A stretch of 64,000 nucleotides of DNA from an uncultured Actinomycetes bacterium (GCA_963745645.1 CAVUYD010000004.1:767031-831030); one strand, 5' to 3'. Positions 30,371 through 41,580 are shown, counted from the stretch's first letter. Notes: generated by a model from the letters alone, not told the origin. Translations and numbers: made by a program.

Positions 30371-31540
30371 TCAGGCGAGCGCACCGGACTGCTTCAGGCG
30401 CGCGACTTCCTGTGCGGTGAAGCCCCAGTCGACCAGCGCGGTGTCGGTGTCGTGCCGGCCGCGACCGGTGCGCGCCGGACCCGGCTCGGGGTGCGGCCGA
30501 AGCGCGGCGCCGGGGCGGGATGCGGCGCGCCGTCGACGTCGACGAACATCTCGCGCGCGACGTTGTGCGGGTGCGCGCGCGCTTCGCGACATCGGCAGCA
30601 CCGGCGCGAAGCACACCTCGGTGCCCGGCGAAGAACGCGACCCACTCGTCGCGCGTCCTCGTGCGGAACAGCGTCGGCGAAGCCGCTCCTTCAGCGCGGG
30701 CCACTGCGCCATGTCCATCTGCGTGCGCGGGGTCGAGGTCGTCGAAGCCGAGCGGTGCCGACGAGGCGCAGGAAGTTCGCGTAGAACTTCGGCTCGTACG
30801 CGGCGAGCGAGACGTAGCCGCCGTCGGCGGTCTCGTACACGTTGTAGAAGTGCGCGCCGCCGTCGAGCAGGTTCGTGCCGCGCGGCGCCCCAGCCGCCCA
30901 TCGCGTCGAGGCCCCAGAAGATGCTCATCAGCTGCGCGCTGCCGTCGATCATCGCCGCGTCGACGACCTGGCCCTCGCCCGGACCGGCCCCGCTCGACGA
31001 GCGCGGCGAGGATGCCCATCACGACGAGCGAGCCGCCGCCGCCGAAGTCGGCGAGCAGGTTGATCGGCGGCACCGGCGCGTGACCCTCCGGGCCGAGGTG
31101 CCACAGCACGCCCGCGACCGAGAGGTAGTTGATGTCGTGGCCGACGTCGCCCGCGAGCGGACCGGTCTGGCCCCAGCCGGTCATGCGCGCGTAGACGAGC
31201 GCGGGGTTGCGCGCGCGGCACGCGTCGGGACCGACGCCGAGCCGTTCGGCGACGCCGGGCCGGAACCCCTCGAGCAGCACGTCGGCGCGCTCGCACAGCC
31301 GCAGCACGACCTCGGCGCCGTCGGGATGCTTGAGGTCGACGCCGACGCTGCGGCGGCCGCGGTCGATCACCGAGAACGGCGACGCGTTGCCGCCGGCGAC
31401 CGATCGCCCGGTCGCGACATCGGTCGCGCGGTCGACGCGCAGCACCTCGGCGCCGAGGTCGGAGAGCAACATGCCCGCGAACTGCACCGGCCCGATGTTC
31501 GGCAGCTCGATGACCTGATGCCCGCGAGCGGCCCATGCAT
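30371..31540 (-). pseudogene. mcr: alpha-methylacyl-CoA racemase-like family III CoA-transferase, several frame changes in the distal half
   Basis: ATG 31540 gives MHGPLAG, then HQVIELPNIGPVQFAGMLLSDLGAEVLRVDR...LLEGFRPGVAERLGVGPDACRARNPALVYARMTGWGQTGPLAGDVGHDINYLSVAGVL...PPINLLADFGGGG (ORF 30198..32177), then VVDAAMIDGSAQLMSIFWG (ORF 30371..30952). This closely parallels my memory of M. tuberculosis Mcr. Confidence 0.8.
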
Positions 31541-31546
31541 CTCCCG

Positions 31547-32466
31547 TCAGACCTTGAGCAGCGCGCGCCGCGTTCTCGTAGAGGAACTTCGGCCACACGT
31601 GGTCGCGGAACGGCACGTTCGGCAGCTCGGCGAAGATGCGGTCGATGTCGAGACCCATCGGGTAGTAGCCCGCGTAGATGATCTTGTCGGCGCCGCGCGT
31701 GTTCGCGAAGTTGATGATGTCCTTGTTGTAGTGCTTGGGCGCGAACGCGGACGTCGAGTAGTAGAGGTTCGGCCACTTCAGCAGCAGCTTCACCATCAGC
31801 TCGCGTCCACGGCTCGCCGCCGTGGCGCGTGACGATCTTGCAGCTCGGGGAAGAACCAGCACACCTCGTCGAGCAGCGCCGACGTCCTGCGGCGCGAAGC
31901 GGATGCGCGGCCCGGGCACGCCCGCGTACACGAAGATCGGGATGTCGAGCTCGATGCACTTCGCGTAGATCGGGTACATCTTCTTGTCGTTCAGCGGCAC
32001 CTGCGGGATGAGGCCCGTGCCCCAGCAGTGCGCGGCCTTGGCGCCGTGCACGCGCACGTCCTCGTCGAGCTTGCGCACCGCGTCCATGCCCTGGTTCGGG
32101 TCGACTGTTCGTCGACGCGATGAACCGGTCGGGGTAGCGCTCGAGCGCGATCTTCGGCGTTGCCCGTCGACGGCCATGCCCGGTGAGCGCCTTGGTGATG
32201 CCGTGCTGATTCATCTTCGCCATCAGCATCTCGACCGGGTCGTCGACCTGTCGTAGTGCGGCACGCCCTTGAACATGTACTGCGCGGGGAACTCCCACTC
32301 CTGGCTGTCGGCGTCGTGCGTCTGCTTGCGGATGAAGTCGTAGTGCTTGCGCCTGCTCCTCGCGCGGCGCGGGGAACGCCGATCATCGTGTCGATGACGC
32401 CGACCTCGGCCCGGGCCTTCTCGAACGCGCGTTGCCGGACGGCTCGATCGCGGTCTGACAGCGCTC
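31547..32466 (-). pseudogene. amidohydrolase_2 family protein (ACMSD/LigW-like), paralog A, many frame changes, 5' end approximate
   Basis: VGVIDTMIG (ORF 31991..33286 tail); VDDPVEMLMAKMNQHGITKALTG and ALERYPDRFIAS (ORF 30949..32298); VDPNQGMDAVRKLDEDVRVHGAKAA...NDKKMYPIYAKCIELDIPIFVYAGVPGPR...LLLKWPNLYYSTSAFAPKHY...RDHVWPKFLYENAAR (ORF 30198..32177). The end is ALLKV with stop at 31549-31547 (own translation). Confidence 0.75.
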
Positions 32467-33371
32467 TTCTGCGGGGAGCTTGAACACGCGTTGCGCGTTC
32501 TCGCGCAGGAACTTGGGCCACACGTGGTCGCGGAACGGGACGTCGGGCATCTCGTTGAAGATGCGCTCGTAGGTGAGGCCGGCGGGGAAGTAGCCCGAGA
32601 AGATCACCTTGTCGGCGCCGCGCGTGTTCGCGAAGTTGATGATGTCGTCCGGGTAGTACTTCGGCGCGAACGCGGTGGTCGAGTAGTAGAGGTTCGGCCA
32701 CTTGAGCAGCAGCTTCGCCGCGAGCGCGGTCCACGGTTCGCAGCCGTGGCGCGTCACGAACTTCAGCTCGGGGAAGAACCAGCACACCTCGTCGATGAGC
32801 GCGACTTCCTGCGGCGCGAACTGCAGCCGCGGTCCGGGGACGCCGGCGGTCGAGCAGAACGCGACGTCGACCTCGATGCACTTCGCGTAGATCGGGTAGA
32901 ACATCTTGTCGTTCAGCGCGACCTGCGGGTAGAGCCCGGCAGGGAACGCGCCGACCGCCTTCAGGTCGAACTCGTTCGCGTAGCGGTCGATCTTGCGGAC
33001 CGCGTCCATGCCCTCGTTCGGGTCGATGCTGATGCTCGCGAAGAAGTGGTCGGGGAGGTCGCGCACCGCGCGCCGACCGACCTCGTCCTCGACGCCGACG
33101 ATCGCCTGCGTGATGCCGTGGCGCTGGTGCTCGAGGAAGAGCATCTCGACCGGGTCGCCCATGTCGTCGGACTCCCACTTCGGCACGTTCTTGAACATGT
33201 AGCCCGCGGGGAACTCGAGCTCGCCTTCCTTGCGTCGGTCGCGAGTCGTGGCTGCCCTTGCGGATGAACTCGTAGAACTCGAACATGTCCTCGCGCGACT
33301 TCGGGAAGCCGACCGCGGTGTCGACGACACCGCCGGCCTTCGCTTCCTCGTACGCGGTCAGCTCGCGTCAC
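32383..33371 (-). pseudogene. amidohydrolase_2 family protein, paralog B (core intact, N-terminal about 40 codons in another frame, stop uncertain)
   Basis: ORF 32383..33330 reads ELEFPAGYMFKNVPKW...IDPNEGMDAVRKIDRYANEFDLKAVGAF...NDKMFYPIYAKCIEVDVAFCSTAGVPGPR...LLLKWPNLYYSTTAFAPKYY...RDHVWPKFLRENAQRVFKL. Upstream, ELTAYEEAKAGGVVDTAVGFPKSREDMFEFYEFIRKG is in another frame. The tail after FKL (below about 32476) is out-of-frame translation of the paralog A N-terminus. Confidence 0.75.
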
Positions 33372-34245
33372 AGCTTGAAGACGCGCTCGGCGTTCTCGCG
33401 CAGGAACTTCGGCCACACGTGGTCGCGGAACGGCACGTCGGGCATCTCCTTGAAGATGCGGTCGAGCGACAGGCCCATCGGGTAGTAGCCCGCGTACATC
33501 ACCTTGTCGGCGCCGCGCGTGTTCGCGAACTTGACGACGGCCTCGGGGTAGTAGCGGGGCGCGAACGCGGAGGTGGAGTAGTAGAGGTTCGGCCACTTCA
33601 GCAGCAGCTTCACCGCGAGGTCGGCCCACGGTTCGCAGCCGTGGCGGGTGACGAACTTCAGCTCGGGGAAGTACCAGCACACCTCGTCGATGAGCCCGAC
33701 GTACTGCGGCGCGAACGGCACCCGCGGGCCGGGCACGCCCGCGCACACGCAGATCGGGATGTCGAGCTCGATGCACTTCGCGTAGATCGGGTAGAACTTC
33801 GCGTCGTTGATCGGCACCTGCGGGTAGAGGCCCGCGGGGAACGCGGTCGCCGCCTTCACGCCGAGCTCCTCGACCGCGCGTTGCAGATCGCGGACCGCGT
33901 CCATGCCGCGGTTCGGGTCGACCTCGAGGCTCCCGAAGAAGCGGTCGGGGTGCTCCTTCAGCGCGCGCAGCGAGTCGGCGCTCGTGTCCTCGGCGAACGA
34001 CACGCCGAGCATGCCCTTCTCGATGCCGAACCGGTCCATCTGCTCGAGCAGGAACCGGACCGGGTCGTCGCCCGCCTCCGGGTGCGGGACGTCCTTGAAC
34101 ATGTACTGCGCCGGGAACTCGAACTCGTCGAGCGACTCGCGGTCGCGCAGGCTCTGCGCGCAGGAACTGGTACGTCCGCGCACGCGCGGCGAAAGGGCGT
34201 GGCGATCATCAGATCGATCACGCCGACATCGGTCGGCATGGTCAT
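33368..34245 (-). pseudogene. amidohydrolase_2 family protein, paralog C, one frame change near 34185
   Basis: ATG 34245 (gaggagg upstream) gives MTMPTDVGVIDLMIATPF (ORF 33958..34245). ORF 33368..34183 then reads FEFPAQYMFKDVPHPE...VDPNRGMDAVRDLQRAVEELGVKAATAF...NDAKFYPIYAKCIELDIPICVCAGVPGPR...RDHVWPKFLRENAERVFKL and stops. Confidence 0.8.
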
Positions 34246-34429
34246 GCGCGCCTCCTCGGATCGGGATCGGTTCGGACGGGCCTCGGTATCGCCGTTCCGA
34301 CAGGACTCGAAGGTATCGACCGGGCGCTCCGTCGATCGGTCAGATCCGTACGGCTGACTGCGTTCGCGAAACTCGATGCGGTGCGACGTCGTCCGAGTCG
34401 TGCGTTCGAGCAGCCGCGGCCCGCGACGA

Positions 34430-35624
34430 ATGGGCGCACCGGTGAACCTGAAGACGGCCGCGCTCCGCCTCGGCGTGCACTACCAGACCGCGTACCGCTG
34501 GGTGCGGAGCGGTCAGCTCGTCGCGGTCAAGGTCGGCGCGGGCTACGAGATCTCCGACGCCGCGGTCGAGCGGCTCCAGGCCCAGCGCGCCGCGACCGGA
34601 GCGCATGCCCGAGACGGGCCGAGCGGCGCCGTCCGGCCGCCAGCGATCGCGCGTCGAGCCGACGCGCTGCACGTCCTCGACCTCATGGTCGACGCGCGTC
34701 ACCCTCGACTGCGACCGCGGTCGCCGAGCGCGCGGCGCGGGTCGCTCGCCGAGCACCTCGGCGACACCGCGTTCGTGTACCGCCTGCGCGCCGGCCGACG
34801 AGATCGCTGCCGTCGTGTACGCCGCGCACCGCGATCCGGTGGCGGAGGTCGCGGCGTCGACGCTCGGGCGCGATCCGCGCACCGCCGACGAACCTGGTGC
34901 TCAGCCGCGTGCGCCGACGACCGGCGAGGCTGCATCTGCGTTCCGCAGGTGCCGCAGCGCGAGCTGCGCCGCCGGCTCCACCCGGAGCTGCACGAGCACC
35001 TGCAACTCGTCGGGCTGCTACAGCGCGGTGAGCGCGCCGATCGTCGGCACGGCGCGGCGCGGTCCGTGCTCGTCACCCGCGACCTTCCCGGTCGCCCGTA
35101 CACCAGCGACGACGTCGACGTTCATCGAGGCGATCGCGTCGCGCATCGCGTGCCGCGGTCGCCGCAGGCCGAACGGGCGGCGCGCGGACGTGGTCGCTGC
35201 GGAGCTGCGCCGCGAGCGACTGGTCGAGCGGTTCGGACGCGCCGACCTTCGACGGCAGCTGCTTCGATTCGCTCGACGGACGAAGTCGGCGCGACGCGCG
35301 AACCCGTCGTGGCGGTCCTCGACCTCGAGCTGCGGCACGTGGCGTGCAGCAAGGCGTACGCCGACGCTGGTCGGCGAGGACGCCGACGCGGCTCACCGGC
35401 GTGCTCGCTGCGCTCGCTCGTGCGCGACGGCGGCGCGCTCGACGACGCGCTGGCGCCGGTGCTGCGCCGGCGAGATCGACTTCCGCAGCGTCGAGCTCGA
35501 GGTGCTCGGCGCGACGAGCGCCCGCGTCGCGCTCCACGTCGCGATGGTCCGCCGCGACGGACGCGACGCCGCGGGGCGTCGTGCTCGTCGCGCACTCGGT
35601 GCCCGCGACTGTCGCGGCGGCTGA
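34430..35624 (+). pseudogene. transcriptional regulator: excisionase-type HTH plus sensor (GAF/PAS-like) region, many frame changes
   Basis: MGAPVNLKTAALRLGVHYQTAYRWVRSGQLVAVKVGAGYEISDAAVERL (ORF 34376..36049). Downstream pieces are AEHLGDTAFVYRL, DEIAAVVYAAHRDPVAEVAASTLGRD, LVTRDLPGRPYTSDDVD, EPVVAVLDLELRHVACSKAYAD and [36 protein letters not shown] (ORFs 34376, 34605 and 35344). The sensor-domain assignment is tentative. Confidence 0.5.
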
Positions 35625-35642
35625 TACGTTCCGCACGAGTTC

Positions 35643-36856
35643 GTGCCGGCACCCGGACCGACTGGGGTCACGCGACCGAGCTCGACGACATCCGCGGCGC
35701 AGGTCGCGATCGCCGGCATCGGCGAGACCGCGTACACGAAGGCCTCGGGCCGCACCGCGCGCGAGATCGGCGCCGAGGCGGCCGAGCGGGCCATCGCCGA
35801 CGCCGGGCCTGCACGCCCGCCGACATCGACGGCATCACGTGGTCGGGCGCGTTCCCCGACTTCGACGTCGACGCGTTCCACGAGCACTTCGGCACCTCGC
35901 ACGAGATGTGGACGTCGCCGTGGGGCGGCGGGATGGCGTGGGCCGCGACCGCGCCGTACCTCGCGGCGCAGGCGATCGCGCGACGGGCAAGGCGCGCCAC
36001 GTGCTCAACGTGTTCCCGGTCGCGTGGGCGACACAGCGCGCGTCGATGACCGGCGGCCCCGGCGAGGTGCACGCCGCGCAGTCGCTGAAGCAGAACCTCG
36101 AAGTGCCGTTCGGCTGGTTCCCGCAGCCCGATCTACTTCGCGTCGATCATGCGCCGGCACATGATCGAGTTCGGCACGACGCCGGAGCAGTTCGGCGCGA
36201 TCGCGGTGGCGTGCCGCCGCCACGCGAACCTGCACCCCGACGCGGTGATGCACGGCCGGCCGATGACGATCGACGACTACCTCGCCGCGCCGTTTCTCGC
36301 CGATCCGTTGCGGCTGCTCGACTCGTGCCTCATCTCCGACGGCGGCGCCGCGTACGTGACGACGAGCGTCGAACGGGCGCGCGACCTGCCGCAACGCGCC
36401 GGCGGTCGTGCGCGGGTGTGGGGGAGGGGTATTCGGCGAGCGGCACGCACTGGGCGCAGCAGCGCGCGTTCACGAGCACGCCGCAGGTGTTCTCCGCGCC
36501 GGGCGCGTTCGCGATGGCCGGCCTCACGCCCGCCGACGTCGACGTGCTCACGGTGTACGACCCGTTCACCGTCGTGAGCATGATGCAGATCGAGGACATG
36601 GGCTTCTGCCCGAAGGGTGAGGCCGGCGCGTTCGTCGAGGGCGACACGTTGTTCCACGACGCGGGCAAGCTTGCCGTTCAACACGCACGGCGGATTGCTG
36701 TCGCACGCGTACGTGCTCGGCATCGCGCACGTCGTCGAGTGCGTGAAGCAGCTGCGCGGCGTCGCGGCCGCGCAGGTGCCCGACTGCGAGGTCGCGGTCT
36801 ACGGCGGTTACACGGGACACATGGCGAGCACGCTCGTGCTCACGAAGGATCGGTGA
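35643..36856 (+). pseudogene. thiolase-fold lipid-transfer protein (Ltp/SCP-x type), several frame changes
   Basis: AQVAIAGIGETAYTKASGRTAREIGAEAAERAIADAG (ORF 35643..36164); ADIDGITWSGAFPDFDVDAFHEHFG...MAWAATAPYLAAQAIA; MRRHMIEFGTTPEQFGAIAVACRRHANLHPDAVM...LLDSCLISDGGAAYV (ORF 36149..36577); LTVYDPFTVVSMMQIEDMGFCPKGEAGAFVE; FNTHGGLLSHAYVLGIAHVVECVKQLRG (ORF 36617..36856). Confidence 0.8.
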
Positions 36857-37309
36857 GCGCCGTGGCGATCAAGCGTGACGACTTCCCGCTGCCCGACGTC
36901 GACGATCCGCTGACCGCGCCGTTCTTCGCGGGCGCGGCGCGCGGCGAGCTCGTGATCCCGCGCTGCGACGACGTGCGGCGAGTACGTGTGGTACCCGGCA
37001 GGACGCGTGCCCGCAGCGACGGCGGCGCGCTCGTCGTGGACCGCGGTATCGGGTCGCGGCACGTTGTTCACGTGGGCGGTCGTGCGCGCGCGCGTTCTTG
37101 CCGGCGTTCGACGAGCAGGTGCCGTTCGTCACCGCGCTCGTCGCGCTCGACGAAGATCCGCGCGGTCCGCCTCTGCGACGTACATCGTCGACGCCGATCC
37201 CGCGGACGCTCGTCGCCGACGCGCCGGTGGTCGTCACGTTCCGGCCGCTCGACGTTCACGACGGTTCCCGACCAGTCGGTGATCGTCCCGATGTTCGCCG
37301 CTCGCGTGA
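36853..37309 (+). pseudogene. DUF35 OB-fold/zinc-ribbon protein (thiolase partner), several frame changes
   Basis: GTG 36853 overlaps the thiolase stop (GTGA). VSAVAIKRDDFPLPDVDDPLTAPFFAGAARGELVIPRCDD (ORF 35344..38808 frame); VWYPAGR...WTAVSGRGTLFTWAVV (ORF 36986..37282); PAFDEQVPFVTALVALDEDP and APVVVTFRPL (ORF 37098..37880). The end is approximate. Confidence 0.7.
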
Positions 37310-39458
37310 TCTACGACGACCTGCGCGTCGTCGACTGCACGACGGGGATCGCGGGCGCGTACTGCGCCAAGCTGCTCACCGACCTCGGCGCCGACGTGGT
37401 GTTCACGGACGCCCATCGACGCGATCCGCTCTTCACGTACCTGCGGACGTCGCAGCGCCACGCGCCCGATCCGTCGCCGTGGCTCGCGGCGGCCGACATC
37501 GTGATCACGGGCGAGCCGGGACCGCGCCCGCGTCCGCGGCACCGCTCGTCACGGTGTCGATCACCCCGGTCGGCCACGGCGGCCCCGACGACGGCCTCGG
37601 CGCTTCCCGAGGAGGTGCTGCAGGCGCGCAGCGGCAGCCTGTCGACCCACGGGCACATGGACCTCCCGCCGTTGACGGTCGGCGGCGATCTCGGCGAGTA
37701 CATCGTCGGCGCGTTCGCGGCGCTCGGCGCGGCGACCGCGTGGTGGCGCGCGTCGCGCACCGGGGTTCCCGAAACCGTCGACGTCTCGATGCTCGAAGCG
37801 ATGCAGATGACGTACGTGACGACACCGACCCTCATGGCCCGCTTCCCGGGCGGCCGGCTCGTCGAGCGCGCGCTGGGTGATGATTCCCGGCAACGAGCCG
37901 ACGGCCGACGGTCGTTACGTCGGCATCACGACCGTCACCGCCGCGCAGTGGTTGGCGTTGTGCGGCCTCGTGGGCCGCGACGACCTCAGGAGCGACGACG
38001 AGCTCACCACGATGATCGGTCGGTTCCGGCGCGCCGACGAAGTGAACGGCATCGTCCAGGGCTGGACACGCGCGCGCACGACGCGGACGAGATCGTCGCC
38101 GCGTGCGTCGAGGCGCGCGTGCCCGCGACCATCGTCGGCAACGGCGCCGAGCTCCCGCGCTACGAACAGCTCGAGGCCCGCGACGTGTTCGTGCCGCAAC
38201 CGGGCGAGGCGTGGATCCGGCCGCGGGCGCCGTTCCGCTTCCACGGTGTCGCCGATCGCGCGCTGGCCGCACCGGGGCCGGCCGCGAATCCGTGGCCGGC
38301 CCGCGCGCCCCGCGTCCCGAACGCAGATCCGCCGGGCGAACGCCCGCTCGCGGGCGTGCAGGTGCTCGACTTCACTGCGTTCTGGGCCGGTCCGTTCGCG
38401 ACCGCGTGGCTGTCCGCGATCGGTGCGGACGTGATCAAGGTCGAGGCGGTGCAACGGCCCGACGGCATCCGGTTCAGTGCCGCGGTCCGGCCGCACCGTG
38501 ACCCGTTCTTCTACGAGAAGTCCGGGCTGTTCCACGCGTCGAACCTCGGCAAGCGGGGCATCACGCTCGACCTCGGCCATCCCGACGGCCTCGCGATCGC
38601 GCAGCGGCTGGTCGCGCGCAGCGACGTGGTCGTCGAGAACTTCACGCCGCAGGTGCTCGAACGCTTCGGCCTCGACTGCGAGACCGTGCACGGCCTGCGG
38701 CCCGACATCGTCATGCTGCGCATGCCCGCGTTCGGTCTCACGGTCCGTGGCGCGACCGACCGGGGTTCGCGCAGACGATGGAGCAGCTCACGGGGATGGC
38801 GTGGGTGACCGGCTACGCCGACGGACCGCCGATCATCCCCGGCGGCCTCGTCGACCCGATGGTCGGCACGCACGCCGCGCTCGCGCTCGTCGCCGCACTC
38901 GAGCACCGCGACCGCACCGGCGCCGGTCAGCTGCTCGAGGTCCCGCTCGTCGAGGTCGCGACCGCGGTGACCGCAGAACAGGTGATCCGCTACTCGATCG
39001 ACGGGACGCTGCTCGATCGTCGCGGCGAAGGCGGCGTGTACCGGTGCGTCGGTGACGATCGGTGGATCGCAGTCGACCTCGTGCGCGATCCGCTCGACCC
39101 GCACGCGCGCGCGACGTGGTGCGCAACCCGAGACGCCGACGACGCGGCCGCAGCGCTGCGCGCGCTCGGCATCCCCGCGGCCGCGGTCGTGCCGGCGTAC
39201 GCGACGCTCGACGACGCGCAGATGCGGGCGCGGGGTTTCTTCGAGACGATCGAGCACGAGCACGTCGGTACGCAGGAATATCCGACCTGGCCGATGCGGC
39301 TCTCGGCCGGACCGCACACGTGGTGGACCGGTCCCGCGCCGACGCTCGGGCAGCACACCGAAGCGATCCTGCGGGACGAGCTCGGATGTACCGAGGCCGA
39401 GCTCGCGCGCCTGCGCGACGAGCACGTGATCGGAACCGCGCCCTACATGCCGTCCTAG
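37306..39458 (+). pseudogene. two-domain family III (CaiB/BaiF) CoA-transferase, several frame changes
   Basis: Domain 1: VIYDDLRVVDCTTGIAGAYCAKLLTDLGADVV...LEAMQMTYVTTPTLMARFPGG...MIPGNEPTADGRYVGITTVTAAQWLALCGLVGRDDL...IVAACVEARVPATIVGNG. The same frame runs without a stop through FRFHGVADRALAAPGP...GERPLAGVQVLDFTAFWAGPFATAWLSAIGADVIKVE...SDVVVENFTPQVLERFGL (domain 2). ORF 38778..39458 completes it. Confidence 0.75.
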
Positions 39459-39459
39459 G

Positions 39460-40762
39460 GTGTCCGAGATGTTGCAGCCGCACGAGCCGGAGCTCGAAGA
39501 GCTCGAGGACGCGCTCGTCGACGGTGACGTCCCCTACCAACGGGGCACCGCGCAGGCCGCGCTACGCCATCGCAACTTCCGCATCATCTACCTCGGCACG
39601 TTCGCGTCGAACATCGGCACGTGGATGCAGAACGTCGTGCTCGGCGCGTACGCGCTGAAGCTGACCGGCTCGCCCACGTTCGTCGGGATCATCTTCTTCG
39701 CGCAGCTCGGTCCACTCTTGTTCTTGTCGACGACGGGCGGCCTGCTCGCCGATGTGGTCGACCGGCGCCGGCTGCTCGTCATCGTGCAGTTCGCCCAGAT
39801 GGTCCTGTCGTTCGGTCTGGCCGCGCTCGTTCTCATCGACGAGCCGCCGAGAGCCGCGCTCGTCGGACTCGTGTTCGCGATCGGCGTCGCCAACGCGCTC
39901 GGTGCGCCGGGCCTCGAGCGCGATCCTCCCGACCCTCGTGCCGCGCGAGGACCTCCAGGGCGCGATCGCGCTGCAGTCGGTGCAGATGAACCTGTCGCGC
40001 GTCATCGGTCCCGCGATCGGCGGCATCCTCTACGCGACGTTCGATGCCGCACCGGTGTTCGCGCTCAACGCGTTGACGTACGCGTTCGCGATCATCGGCT
40101 TGCTGTGGGCGACGTATCCCCGATGGGTCGACGCGCACGTCGAAGAACGCGGGCTGCAACGTCTCCTGTCGGGCGTGCGCATCGTGCGCCGGGACCCGTT
40201 GCTCACGCAGGTGATCGTCACGCTGTTCACGTTCTCGTTCTTCTCGCTCGCGTTCGTCGGGCTCATGCCGGTCATCGCCGACCTCAACCTCGGGATGGAT
40301 CCGAAGAGCACCGCGTACGGCGTGTTGTACGCGTGCTTCGGCCTGGGCGCCGCGCTCGGTGCGATCACGGTCGGTACCGTGTTCGCGCACCGGTCCAAGG
40401 CGAAGCTCCTGCTGCCGGGCTTCGTCGCATTCGCGATCGTGTTGGCCGTGTTCGCGGTGCTCCACGCGGCCGCGGCCGCGTACCCGGTGAGCGCGGTGCT
40501 CGGGTACGTCTACTTCGTCGTCATCACGTCGCTCTCGACCGTGCTGCAAGAAGATCTCGAGGAGAGCACGCGCGGTCGGGTGATGGCGCTCTGGATCATG
40601 GGCTTCGGTGGAACCGTGCCGCTCGGGGTGCTCGTGGCCGGCTGGGTCGAGAACCTGACCTCGATCACCGCGGTGCTCCTGGCCGGCTCGGTCTGGGCGC
40701 TCGTGCTCGCGGCGTGGTCACGTGCGAGCATCCTGCGCAGGAAGGGAGTCATCGATGCCTGA
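39460..40762 (+). pseudogene. MFS transporter (EntS/MFS_3-like), one frame change near 39910
   Basis: ORF 39460..41070 N-terminus: FRIIYLGTFASNIGTWMQNVVLGAYALKLTGSPTFVGIIFFAQLGPLLFL...VANALGAPG. ORF 39752..40762 continues: ILPTLVPREDLQGAIALQSVQMNLSRVIGPAIGG... to the stop at 40762. Confidence 0.8.
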
Positions 40763-41427
40763 ACGTGAAGCCAACGCCTACCGCGAGCTGCGTTTGCGGA
40801 CGGCCGAGCTCGTGCGCGGAACCGACCCCGACGCGATGGACGCGATCGCGCCGGCGACACCCGAGTGGCGCGTCCGCGATCTGCTCGCGCACCTCGTCGG
40901 TGTGTCCGCGGATGCAGTCGAGGGCCGCCTCGAAGGTGTCGCGACCGACCCGTGGACCGCCGCGCAGGTGGACGCCCGCCGCGACGCGTCCATCACGGAC
41001 CTCCTCGCGGAGTGGGACGACTACGGCGCGCACTTCGAAGGCGTGCTCGTGGAGATCCCGGCCGCGCTGAGCGGACAAGCCGTTTTCGACGCAGTGACGC
41101 ACGAAGCCGACATGCGCCATGCACTCGCGCAACCCGGTGAACGCACCAGCGATGGTGTCGCGATCTCGTTCGAGTTCTGCTGCCTCGGTCGTACCGCGCG
41201 GCAGTCTCCCGGCACTGCGCGTCGTCACCGAGCGCGGTGAAGCGATCGCAGGAACAGGTGATCCGATCGCAACGCTCGAGACGTCGCAGTTCGAATTCAT
41301 TCGCGCCTCGTCAGGACGGCGGACCGCCGCCGAGATCGCCGCGTACGACTGGCAAGGTCAGGTAGATCCGGAGATCCTGCTGGTCGCACCGTTCTTCCGC
41401 ATGCGCTCGGTGCCGCTCGACGAGTGA
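40755..41427 (+). pseudogene. mycothiol-type DinB/MDMPI N-terminal domain protein, one frame change near 41200
   Basis: ATG 40755: MPEREANAYRELRLRTAELVRGTDPDAMDAIAPATPEWRVRDLLAHLVGVSADAV...DAVTHEADMRHAL (ORF 40722..41240), then LPALRVVTERGEAIAGTGDPIATLETSQFEFIRASSGRRTAAEI (ORF 41119..41427). Confidence 0.65.
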
Positions 41428-41580
41428 GCGCACGCCGCCGCTCGGTGAACTCCGGAGAGATTCACGTCACGATCGGCGGCGGGTGCTTGACATCCCATCC
41501 CCGCGCAGGCACGGTGCGGAGGCGCGGCGATCGTCCCGGCTGCGCCGCCTCTGGCTCGAGCGAACACGTGCTCCGGGGAG

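Larger units (their letters stand above)
31547..34245 (-). repeat. tandem array of three paralogous amidohydrolase genes (each about 0.9 kb)
   Basis: The three units are collinear at protein level. A 32-nt block, cttcggccacacgtggtcgcggaacggcacgt, is identical at 31587 and 33407, and gtcggcgccgcgcgtgttcgcgaa occurs in all three copies. Confidence 0.8.

Noticed and set aside
35344-38808. 1154-aa ORF that looks like one giant protein.
   Set aside because: It is a chance-open frame that passes through parts of four genes (regulator, thiolase, DUF35, CoA-transferase). Only some stretches carry family-like sequence. GTGA junctions at 36853 and 37306 mark the separate genes.
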